A stretch of 63,108 nucleotides of DNA, counting the filler, from Phoronis australis (taxonomy: Eukaryota > Animalia > Phoronida), in NCBI GenBank assembly GCA_002633005.1. It is 3 parts of 3 records of this genome, joined end to end, with 100 filler letters (N's around TTAATTAATTAA, not from the genome) between each part and the next. Parts side by side here need not be neighbours in the genome. Positions count along the whole stretch, not along the records: positions 51,020 to 63,108 come from NMRA01001655.1; 2 more parts are not named here. One strand, written 5' to 3'. Made by a program: the position numbers and the translations under genes. Positions 51,198 through 62,400 of this stretch are shown piece by piece. Within the stretch, counting starts at the first letter, position 1. Every line of letters begins with the position of its first letter. A model generated the notes under the pieces. That model was not told the DNA's origin and ran no database searches. It was given only the letters and a program-made list of their open reading frames with translations.

Positions 51198-51663
51198 TGA
51201 AAAAAAAAGTCTCCTCTCAAAGTGCCAGTCAGTGCACCCTGGACGATCTCAGTCAAACATCTAGTTGTGTGTCAAGTCAAAGTCTGAGTCAGGAATCTAT
51301 GATGTCAACTGACAGTGTTGACAGTGTGCTCACGTTGAGCCAAGACACGTCTACTGACGGTCAGAAGGACGCTCGGTCTGCCCCTGTGAAGTCTTCACAA
51401 AAGTCTGTGAGTAACCAATGGAAGGAATTGTTCAAAGGCCCCCGCCGGCTCCTAAGTGCAAAGGTCACAATGAGCCGTGTGTGTTAAGAATTGTAAAAAA
51501 GGAAACACTGAACAAAGGGAGGCAATTCTGGGTGTGTGCTCGACCCCAGGGTCAAAGTTCAAATAAAGAGGCCCGTTGTGATTTCTTTTTATGGGTGGAA
51601 AAGAAAAAGGGAAATGGTCAAAAACTGTCGGCCAAGTCATATCTTGAACACGTGGTCAAGTGA
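51198..51663 (+). CDS. APEX2: APEX2-like (AP endonuclease 2) terminal exon: Ser-rich linker + zf-GRF, with a 1-bp frameshift
   Basis: acag| acceptor. WKELFKGP / PPAPKCKGHNEPCVLRIVKKETLNKGRQFWVCARPQG..ARCDFFLW matches the APEX2 C-terminus. The frame break is in the C5 run 51439-51443. Upstream exons not seen (gap at 50920-51019). Confidence 0.8.
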
Positions 51664-52748
51664 TTCATTGAGAGTGATTGAATGACTGACATCCTGCTTA
51701 TAACCACGGGTGTTTCAATTAAAAATGTTTTTTAATTTTTAGAACTACTTTCAGGCTTCTGTCTTCCCGATATCTCTAATAGAATTGTTGACTCTGGACC
51801 TTAAGTGATCAATGGATAGTCAGTTCTAGAGTGAATGAGTAATTTCACCAAGAGTGATAAAGGGGCAGCCTGTTGGCTGTCGTCTGCTCGAATTTTACTC
51901 CATCACCTTATCACCTCGACCCCGAAAACTACAATGCAGAAATAAAGACAATGCTTGTTCAACTGTTGATGCTTTTGTTGAAGTTGCTTTGTACTTGTCT
52001 TCTCTCATAGAACGTTCACTTCCTGTTATAAAACTTTTTTAGAGTGGAAATGATTTCTGCTGGACTAGGAAATAACTGACCGTCTATGATAGTAATGACA
52101 CTAGTTGTGTACTCAACATTTATATATCTTGCACACGATATTTTTCCTTCTTTACGTACATGTATATTTCACAGTACAAAAAGTAGTACACACGCACGCT
52201 CATGCATCACAAACACACCCTGGATGAGAATATTGTCACAGACGAAAATTACACAGATGAATCATGGGGGCCCACCTTTCAAGGAACAGTTCATATTCAT
52301 AATTATTACAGAGAATTACCTTTTCAAGCTCCTGAATCTAGAGAATTCTCTTTTGATTAGCTGCAAACGTGGAACACTAGAGTTTAATTTCGCTTTATAA
52401 ATATGATGTTTGACCAATCACACCGGTATCACCCAATTAACGTTATGCCTGCCAAATTATACCTCATGTAAGTTCAGTTCAAGAGATTCATCAGTTTTCG
52501 ATAGGATGCAGCCGTTTACAGCCACTCAATAATTTGGAATCATATTTATCCCTGAAAACCCGACTTCCGATGTTAAGTAGATCTTCAGAGGAGTATTTGC
52601 CCTTCCAAAGCAACGTCCTTGTCTTTCTCGAATTGAACTTATGTGCTAAAATTCCCCAGTGCTTATCGTGATTGTCGCTCACGGCAGCGTTGATGGATGC
52701 CATTCACCCACGCCCATGGGTTAGTTTCAGAAACTAACCCATGGGCGT

Positions 52749-52904
52749 GGGTAGAGTTCAATAACGCTAGGACCTACGCTAGAATCTCGCTAAAAATCAA
52801 GATTTTGCGAGATTACGTAGGATATTATAGTGTATTTTACACGAGAACACGTGATTTTGGCTAGATTTTTCTACTAGCCGCGAGACAGCTATTGAACTCT
52901 GCCC
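52749..52904. mobile_element. Short MITE (Harbinger-like GGG termini)
   Basis: GGGYAGAGTTCAATA inverted termini. No TSD identified. Confidence 0.55.
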
Positions 52905-53150
52905 AGGTCACGAGCAGTGAAGACTAAGTGCTTCGCAGCTGGAAATAGTTTCTTAACAACAAGATGGGAACGATCTTGTATAGTAAGTGAAATAAACCAT
53001 ATGTTTTTTACAGAAAGCGCGGCTAATTGGTTTTACAAATGTCCTCCAGATTGAAATAATGCGCAGATTATAGAACGCGGAACTCCACACACACGCTGGG
53101 CCGTTGGACTCTCAGTCTTTCCCGACTGAAGTTGTTTTCATCACTGACTT

Positions 53151-53297
53151 CATAGGCGGATTTGGGGGCAGGCCCCCCGCCCCTTGGGTGCCATAAAAAA
53201 ACACCAAGAACGTGAGTGAACAACTATTGAGTTTATTAATTAACCCTGGTAATCAAAATTATACTATTAAAACAAGATTTAATGATGTGTGCAGCTT

Positions 53298-53371
<74 letters not shown>

Positions 53372-53690
53372 CGGGGGGGGAGAGCTCAGACCCGATTTCA
53401 AGTGTCCATTNATACAACCGGCGTAATCGTAACGGAACTGTGGCTAAGCTAGGACCAATATCAAACGTGTATATTACTCCCAGGGCTAAGTAATGGCGCT
53501 CCAGGTCGATATTTGCGTGATATCCCAGGCGACCGGCAGTGCCATTTAAAGTTTTTCTAGTTTGACACGTTCTCAGTGTGTTTTTGCTTTGAAAATTGTT
53601 GTTTTTAGAGGCGCTTCTATAATCGTGTATTGCGCGATTGTTTGTGAGACAAAATGTTGCCCCCCTTAAGATATCCTAGATCCTCCACTG
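53151..53690. mobile_element. hAT-type MITE containing a (TG)n microsatellite (~53303-53370)
   Basis: CATAGGCGGATTT..CTAGATCCTCCACTG, termini like 38113-38273. Flanks gactt/gacta (5-bp TSD, 1 mismatch). Confidence 0.65.
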
Positions 53691-54093
53691 GACTATGATG
53701 TAATAGAATACCATTGAATTGACAAACTTATTAGAACAAGTCCATGCATTTAACAGCGCTATTGCCGTGTAAAAATGTGACCCCCTTAGGTCGGGACAAA
53801 TTTGTGACAATGGCAACAAAAGTATCGTAGTTACATTAGACTAGGTATTCTCCCTGCAAGTGCCTAATTGAGCTCTTAAATATTTTTTACTCAGGACTCA
53901 CGCGCGATACAACAATACAGTTAAGCCGGACATTTCTGCAAATGTGTGTCTGAAGCTTTGTGATTAGAAGAGATTCACATAGACATTTACATTTTGGGTA
54001 AATGTTTGCACATTTCATGTGTATAGGCCATACCGCTCAGGGGATCATTATGAAAATTAACAAGTGTGTGGAAGTTAGACAAGTGTATTTCTA

Positions 54094-54330
54094 TTAAATT
54101 AACAGCAAATGGACAGATCGCCGGGACTTACACTTCGTCTCAAGGCATTTTTTCACATTCGCTTCTGTAATATTCGGATTTTTTGACGATTCTTCATGAA
54201 ATTTAGCAATTAGTTTTTTATTCTGGAGAGGATGACGCTTTTCCATCTTAAACGGCTTCGACGAACTCTGCGCCGTCCCATGACCATTATATGATACTAA
54301 TTCAGTAGCCCTAGAAACCAGCTCCATTTG
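54094..54330 (-). pseudogene. Possible BEN-domain-like remnant (transposon accessory gene?)
   Basis: EL..YN..G..K..L..K.I..E..KC..RR spacing resembles BEN domains. Weak, by eye. Confidence 0.3.
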
Positions 54331-55359
54331 CGGTGTAGTCGTTGGCACATTTCAATGCTCCGCGTTGCTCTTGTCTTGACAATAACGGAAATCTTATGAT
54401 TGATGAAGCTTTTGGTAAGATGCACGATTTTATCCATCATTCACATATTTTTTTGGTTTGAGAAAATCATTAGGAACATATCTTCAAAACAGCAAAGGAG
54501 GGACTTATACGTTTACTTTGCCAAATATCCCGCAATTGTTTCACAGACACTTTGGCAAAAAGCCGGGCAAATTTGTATACGATAGTCAATCAATTGTGCG
54601 CAAAATTGAAATTTTGAGGCAAAATATGACTTGGTCCTCACCAATCCATCTAATGACTGGTGGACAGAAGCTCACGGTTGTCCTGTAATTTTCCACTCGG
54701 TACACGTTTTAAGTGGTACTAGATGCGCTTAATTCAGACTTTTACGCATTAATACATTTTTGTATCAATTGTAATCATTAGGTCACAACTATACAAATTT
54801 TGTCGTCCGTCATTTCTGATCATCGCTGCCGCAATGGTTACATGATTAAGTATATGCGTCATTGAGTAGTAGTATTGGAAAATTATCAGAACCTAGAAAA
54901 TTAAACTTGCTCATGTTTTTGGGTAAATATCGTATCTTCTGTTAGAAAATAGCCTTGACTGATGGGCCACTATTTTCCATATGTTTCAAGGTTGAGCAAT
55001 TACTTCATACTATATTGCCCCGGATGTATGCGCAAGTATTTTCTTACAACATTTCGAAAGATGTGGCCCCAAGCCTCCCCTTGTCCGTCACCCACGGAAT
55101 TGTCCCGTGACTGATGTGCCTGTATATGTAGCATAGTACAAGCACATATTGTCACACACAAGGCTGTCGGGAGAAAATTGTAAGATTTCTGCCGCGAGTG
55201 CTCAGCCGGGTTATCACAAATCCGAAGTTGAGTCAAGTGAAGCCGTTGTGACCATTCGAGCCTGTGGAACTTTGATCGAAGCCATTTACATCAGAACAGA
55301 TTCAATCACTAACGTACGGCGACAACTTCAAAGCCAGATTTAGTAGCAGAAAGGACAAA

Positions 55360-57070
55360 AACTTAAAGTTTATTATTGGCAAACCATAACGCATGACGAC
55401 AAATGGTTTTGGGAATTTTTGACATTAGATTACTTGATTTTCCCAAAAATGACCGCGAGCGATCACACAAGCCTTGATGTGGCTGAATGAATTTCATGCA
55501 AGACAAATCAGTCCTTGGATTCCGCTTGATACCGAGCTCAACAGTCTCACCCGATACAACATAGATCATGGTATGCACTTCAAATGCTATATATTTATTC
55601 ANNNNNNNNNNNNNNNNNNNNNNNNNNNNNNNNNNNNNNNNNNNNNNNNNNNNNNNNNNNNNNNNNNNNNNNNNNNNNNNNNNNNNNNNNNNNNNNNNNN
55701 NNNNNNNNNNNNNNNNNNNNNNNNNNNNNNNNNNNNNNNNNNNNNNNNNNNNNNNNNNNNNNNNNNNNNNNNNNNNNNNNNNNNNNNNNNNNNNNNNNNN
55801 NNNNNNNNNNNNNNNNNNNNNNNNNNNNNNNNNNNNNNNNNNNNNNNNNNNNNNNNNNNNNNNNNNNNNNNNNNNNNNNNNNNNNNNNNNNNCACAGGCG
55901 GGGCTAATAAAAAAACTCACCACGATTTATAATCGCCAAGAATATGACTTGTTGTAGGTCAAAACAGGCAATAAGTTCATTGGAGCCCTTTCCCTCTTTC
56001 AGCTGGCGTTTGATGTTCCTGATTTCCTCCTTGTCATTGATATGCCGCTCATATTCAGCCTTCTCGTTTGATTCCACGCTGGTGTCCTCGCGTCTGTAGC
56101 AATAGCAGATGCCACGAAGGTGCTTCTTTGAGGGATGAAACTTTAATTTCATATGCTTCAAGTAATAGAAGGATAGAGTGACCGCGTCAGTGTTGCAATG
56201 TTCCTCCTGATACATCGGGTGCACATTGCTTTATGTCAGATCAGTCGATAAATATTGATAGCTAGTGTCTGCTCAGCAACATTGGGATTCCACCTTTGAA
56301 AACCTATTGATATTACTGTTCACAAGACTACGCACTGTGGCATACCTCAGTTGTTGACTTTTTGTCAGCCGCCGCGCCTTTCTGCCATTACAACTCCTGT
56401 TGCTGGTATTTTGCTAATAGAGGTCTTAAGTTGGCCATCATTTGCGCCAAAAGTATCTATGAACATAACTCGACAGACTTCAGGAGCGTCGCCGGTATTA
56501 TCAAAAGGCAAAAAGTATGATAGAGTGCGGAATTTTGTATTATTTTCTTTATTGACCGTCGGGGTGGTTGAAATAAGATGTCTCGCTGCTCATGCAGACT
56601 CTACACACTATAAAATGCGTTCAAGATGCTCAGTCGTTTTTCCTCCGAAAAAGCTCACAGGCAAGGCAATTGTTCGAACAATATCTTCAGTTGCATTGTG
56701 GTTTCGGTGAGTCTTCCCTCCAATAATTGGTCCGATTTCCCTGATCTGTAGACATCACCCATCAGTCGCCCTTCTTTCACTTGTTGCCTGTTGCACCTCT
56801 TGTCTGTACGAAGGTTTGAGCTCACAAATGACGAACTTCGCCCTCCATATAAAAATGTTATACCGTGGGCTCTGTGTTGTCAGACAATGTGCAAAACCTG
56901 CAAGACTCATCAAAGTGGTCTTTACAGTACATCCGAAGACATGTCTGACAGGCAGCCCAAATCTCACTTTTACACAAAAAACAATGTCCCAGAGCTTCCT
57001 CTTCCGTTGGTACGCCAGCGAGAGTAGTGGTATCTGCACAATCAACAAGTTTGTCATTCAGAAAGAACAC
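55360..57070 (-). mobile_element. Decayed Sola1-type DNA transposase
   Basis: R..I..F..Q..SYFL..VCRVMFIDTFG..ERRG, INRFSKVESQ..YL..DL..MY, LKFHPSK..C..HI..K..R..K..ACFDLQQV..FFY, NKY..KF..H..CD. Multiple stops and frameshifts. Cys-rich C..C..WAAC..C..C..HF segment at the 5' end. Confidence 0.8.
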
Positions 57071-58943
57071 CTTCTCATTTGAAATGAGGTTTGCTCAAAT
57101 AAATGAGCTTCGAAAAAAGGACTTAAATTGAATACTTAATAAAGTATTGCCCACACAATACCACACATGCAAATTCATTAATCGGTCTATCAGTGATGAG
57201 AAACGACAAAAATCGAGCTAAACGAAATGTTTAACATATTCAACCTTACGCAAAAAATTCGTAGTAAAATTTCTAGTAAGCTTTTCGGCTCGCCAAAAAT
57301 AAAATATGAGCAACAGCCATATTCGGCAAATAATTAGGTTAAGTAATTACACAATAATTTCTGAAAAAGAGGCAAATGATCTAAAGTATAGAACTCATAT
57401 TCGACAAAAAAACGCAAGTTCAACGGTTAGCCATAAAGCCAGCGAGCTAGCAACACAGGCGAGCTTTTAATCCATAGAGTGATTATTGTGGACGAATACA
57501 GTGTAACCTCTCATAAAGCAAGATCACAGAAGACGACGGAAACTCTGAAAGACGAGTGTTGCGCAATTATGCTCGAGGCCTGATTAATTTAACCTAGCAA
57601 AATGGCGTACACTGAAGGCGAGGCTGAAATGTTGAATTATGGGATAAACGAAGATTTATAGTCGCAGCAAAAGTATGCCAAATGTCATATGGATTTACGA
57701 AAAGTAGCCCTGGACGTGGTTGTATTCCGTAGAACACGTTTGTAGCGATAAAAACGAGATCACGCAAGTCTTCGCGACATATTGCCATGCATTACAAGAG
57801 AGTCACACGATCACACTAGTTTTTACTTGCGAGTGTCTTGCGTTGCAGTACGGGTTTCATTTTTTTATACAATCCTGAAGTTAGTAGTCTTTGCTTCTAA
57901 GACAAGATTTGATAAAAAGCACAATGGTGACAATGGTGAAAATGACTTTTGAATTTGTGCAGCAAACAATGATTACTGTTAGCCAAACATTGGGCGCTGT
58001 TTGTTTCTCTCAAAAAATGTAGGTCTGCACAATGGAAGGACGGTTGATGTCCTTATTTTTACCACATAGTATTCATTGAGAATCGAAACTTAAGAATTAT
58101 TTAAAAGCTGTCTCTTTTATTGAATGCGTTTGATCAGGAATATCTCTCCTTTTCAAATGTTGTCGATGGGTCTTATTAAAAGTATGGTAAAGTGCATATT
58201 TTCAAGCATGTACTAAACGATACGTGGTGTCATTGAAATTAAGCACGCCTTAACAAAAATGTCTCTGCTGGGAAATGTGGCACTGATAAATGTCAAATGT
58301 TCGCGAGTCCTCCTTTTCTCGATTTGTGTTTCTTTCACATGTATCTTTCTCTAATCATTTTTTACGAATCTGGGGTGAGCCAATGGCGGTCGAAACTAAG
58401 GTTTCGGCCCTGAGCGACAAGTGAAGTGGGGCTCGTCCCGGTTCCTCCGCTCCCTACGGTACCTACTGAGCATATTTATGCTTCATATATCGAGTTAAAC
58501 ATGGGACACGTTATCCGAAATTGGCCTGTCTGGTAAACAGTGTTCAGTTGAATGACATTTGATAGACGAAGCTGTCTCCAGGTCAGTATCGGCACCTACG
58601 CAGAGGGAGCGATCGTAAATGGAGCACACAAGGGGCTACTCAAAATTCACTCAGCGACGCTAGTGATGACAACGGTCTTACCTGAGTAAAACGTGCATTC
58701 ACTGAGGTAGTCAGGTGGAACCATTAACCCACAGATGCTCCCTATGCTGATTAAATTCTTTCTGCTCTCAATCTTCACGCACTATTCATATTTAAAAAGG
58801 ACCTTCATTCGCTAGCTCCACCTAGTGTGAAGATCGAGTCGCCCTGAATTAAAGAAAACTGAATACGTGCTCGGGCATTATTATCAGTTTCCACCGTCGA
58901 AACGATAAGGTCCAGTTTCATGGGTTTTTGAATAGCTATCTAG

Positions 58944-59428
58944 CTACTGTATCATACCTGGTTTGTGACTTTCTGGAAAAAGTTGGCTTAGTTGATTTTC
59001 GTAATCATCGCTCTGTCGTTGTAGTATGTGTGTAATTGACCCCAAATCTCCGTAGTTGCAGCCAGTGAGATCTTCTTTAGTAGTGGGGTAGTATAAAATC
59101 AATCTTTTTCCGGATTTATCACTCGACAAAATCCTGTTTAAAGTAGTGTACATGTACACATTAGAGTTTAGTTCTGTGTTCATACCTTCGCATAATGTTT
59201 TACTCATATATACGAAATATACATGGCTAGTTTCGAGTAAGTACACGCTTTCAGTACTTTCGCCATTGCATTCCCTGTAATAGGATGGTGCAGCAGGGTC
59301 ATCGTAAAGACAACCTTTTATTCCCCGACGTTGGAGTTCATCTAGGTGTTCCAAGGCTGCTTTTCGCTCATTCTCGTGAAATAGTACGACGTAGTCATAT
59401 TTGCTGCCCTTTGCTGAGGCCCTGGTGT
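58944..59428 (-). CDS. Terminal exon of KAP-NTPase gene encoding a TICAM/TRIF-like TIR domain
   Basis: acttttcag|AC phase-1 acceptor. KYDYVVLFHENERKAALEHLDELQRRGIKGCLYD..SHVYFVYMSKTL..YTTL..RLILYYP..LGSITHIL..SDDYENQLSQLFPES: TIR beta/alpha pattern paralleling TICAM2/TRAM as recalled. Intact to the stop. Confidence 0.75.
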
Positions 59429-62400
59429 CTGAAAAGTAACAAAGCGTTATGTAACGAGAAAAGGAAATGGGATGGATTGACAGATGGTACACCAACTTTG
59501 ACATCATATGCTTACTGTTTCCAGGCGGGCAAGTTTTACCCCCGAAACATTCAGCAACCATAACCTTAGTGCATATGTAGTATATAAGTTTTGTTTACAC
59601 GCAATTTCAAAGTTATTAAAAACAAGTTTGATTGCTCACTACTCCAGAGAGACTGAACTGCTAAACGAGTGTGTCCGATTTGGGTAATGGTCACTTGAAG
59701 GGTCACGCATTTCGAGAACCAGTTTCTCCCACTGAACGACGAACATCAAATCATAGATAATCGTTAAAAGATTCGCGACTCCGTCATATCTCGCGGTCTA
59801 ACGCGATATACGTGAGGAGGATTCATAACTTCCGTACTCTTTGTTTCGTAGGAGCGAAGGTAAACTTTCGTTTTTATTTTGCGCATTTCGAGGAAAATTT
59901 TTGAGTTTGAAATTAACTTGCTGTGTTTTATGCAAACTAAATCGCGTATGCTAGCCACACAAGTCGGATTTTTGCAACGAAACGCTCCGGAACTGACCTG
60001 ACAAGTTGTTGATGGGCCCGAATACTGCTACAGTTCAACACGAAAATCGAGACTTTTGGTCCAAGGAAAATGTTACTGCAGACGCAATCATTCATATTGC
60101 CTGGGTATATTAAGTATTGTTTCCTGTTGTACTCATTTTCAAGTACCCCCCTGATTGTGAACTTGTCACGTGGTACTGACATTTAAAAGCGTTTTACCCG
60201 CCAGTTCCATTCATTCGTATTTCGTATTTCGTATCTGTGTGCAGTGTATGCATCTCATTGGTTTCATCGTCGAGATTGCAGGGTTTTCATGATGTAAGTA
60301 GTGTTCTTTTGCTTATCGTTATATTCTGGTTTGTGCAATGCATTCTCTCGTGTCCCGTGTAGTTTCAGTATTTTCGCTTTATTTACTTTGCCGTATTTCG
60401 TCCTTCGTGGTTCGTGTCGAGGGTTTGGGCGTTGTTCGCTGCGACCTTGAGATTGCAATTCACAAACCAGTCTGTTTCTAGCTCATATTATTGTAAAAGT
60501 TTAGCGTGACTTGATATCTAGTTTGCGTCACTGTCTCACGGCAGAATTTTGTATGAATTAGGTTCGTTTTTGTATATAGTATTTTCATATAAGATTCAGT
60601 TTATCTGATGTAGCCATCATTTCGTTACTTGTACATTTTCTTCGTTGATGTAAATAACGGTTTTGTATATATTGTCACTGCCTGTGCTTGTATTATATTT
60701 CATAGTAGTGACTCAGGATTTTGTTTATTTCAGTTTACGGGTTTGTCTATGTACTGACGGCACACGAATAAAAGAATTAGGCTGTACGTAGAATCACCTG
60801 TGTTTCTCTCGATTGTTCGCTGACACTGCGCCAGAACAGAAAAGGTTTAATCAATTGGATAAAACTTTTCATCTGGTTGAATTTGCAGTCGTTTACGGTG
60901 AAATTTAGTTTGAATTTTGTGATTTTGTAGGAATTTTGGCCCGACCTACATGTAGTAGTTTCTCATCTAACTACGTCTACAAGACATAGCAAACCAATAT
61001 GGCCAAAATTCAGTAAGAGCAAAATTTTGCCCTTTTGTGATTTTCATAAGCTCATATCTATTAGCGTGCAAAGTAATGGAAAAAAAACATATGCTTGCGC
61101 AATACTTAAACTTTTTTCTTTCTATTGATATCCTTTACAACAAAGTGGAGTATAAATGAATATTTTTAAAAAGTTATACGAGCACTTTACACATTTTTCA
61201 CTCACTGGTTAATTCTTGTGTCTCACACTTTGAGGATAAACCTTCAGCTGCTAAATGGCCGTAACTGAACCGATATTAATGATTTTTATATCAAAGTGTT
61301 TGCTAAAAAAAATTTACTTTTAACACTGAGTGTAAATTTTTGTTTTATTTTTTATAAAAGTATGAGCAAAAGTATTTTTTAAAATGTATTGCCTTGTCAA
61401 AGTTTTTCCTCTTGGAAAGCAGTGCACTCCATTGATGAAATCTATTGTCTATGACCAAAATGGTTCTCAAAATCCGGGACACCATTGTTTTGCATTTGTA
61501 TTTCATTTAAGCTCTTAACTATACAAACTTACAACAAATCTTGCAAAAATATCCATACGTTGAGTGCATGTAAATTTAGAACAATTCGGGTAAATGCTAC
61601 CGGAAAACCTTTCTCCGAGGAAGTGGAAAGTTTCCGAAAATGCGACATGAGTGTAAGCGTTAAGAGTGTCTTCACATAAAAATAGTGGCGCCCCCTTGAA
61701 ACGCAGAAAGACATTAGCATCATTTCATATGTGCCGTAACGACAGTGATGACAATGGCGAAAGTGACCTCTGAATTTGTGCAGCAAACAATTTTGACCGC
61801 TTTCAACGCAATGGTAATATTCGGTTACTGATGGAGAAACATTGTGTTGACCCCATAGTGACTTGCTGTTAAACAGATATTCGGCGATATTTTTGTCTCT
61901 CACGAAATGTAGGTTTGCAGAATGGCGTGCCTCTGAACTGCACCACTGAAAGACGGCTATTAGACAGTTTGACTCAGTTAGGTACAACAAAATATTCTGA
62001 TTTGAAAAAATATTAACATTAATTTAATTGTACCTTCATTGGTATCTCTGCTGTTTTCTGGTCTTGTCGTTTCTACTGCACTTGGTGTCGATTGATTTTC
62101 TCCAGTTTTTCCAACTTTCTTCGATTTCAACTGTTCGCGATACATTTTTGCAGTTTTCTCCGATTCAGCATTCACTATTATTGTCCTAATTGTGTAGTCA
62201 AGGTTTACAGTTACTGGCAAAAACTTTTTCACGTCACTCATTTTAAACTTATATTTCTTTAGGAATAATTTGAACAGCCTTGGGTTGTGATCAAGGCTAA
62301 GTAGCGCTTTCCAGTCGGACGGCTTGGCTAATTCTTTCTCGCATTCTTCGTATAACGTGAGTAGCTCTGTCTCCGAAGTGTGCTCGCGCTTTTCGCATAT

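Noticed and set aside
59429-59561. First 44 codons of the 205-aa ORF as the start of a stand-alone TIR gene
   Set aside because: It has intron-like composition ending in a good pyrimidine tract and AG whose phase matches the KAP donor. A stand-alone gene is not fully excluded without transcripts.
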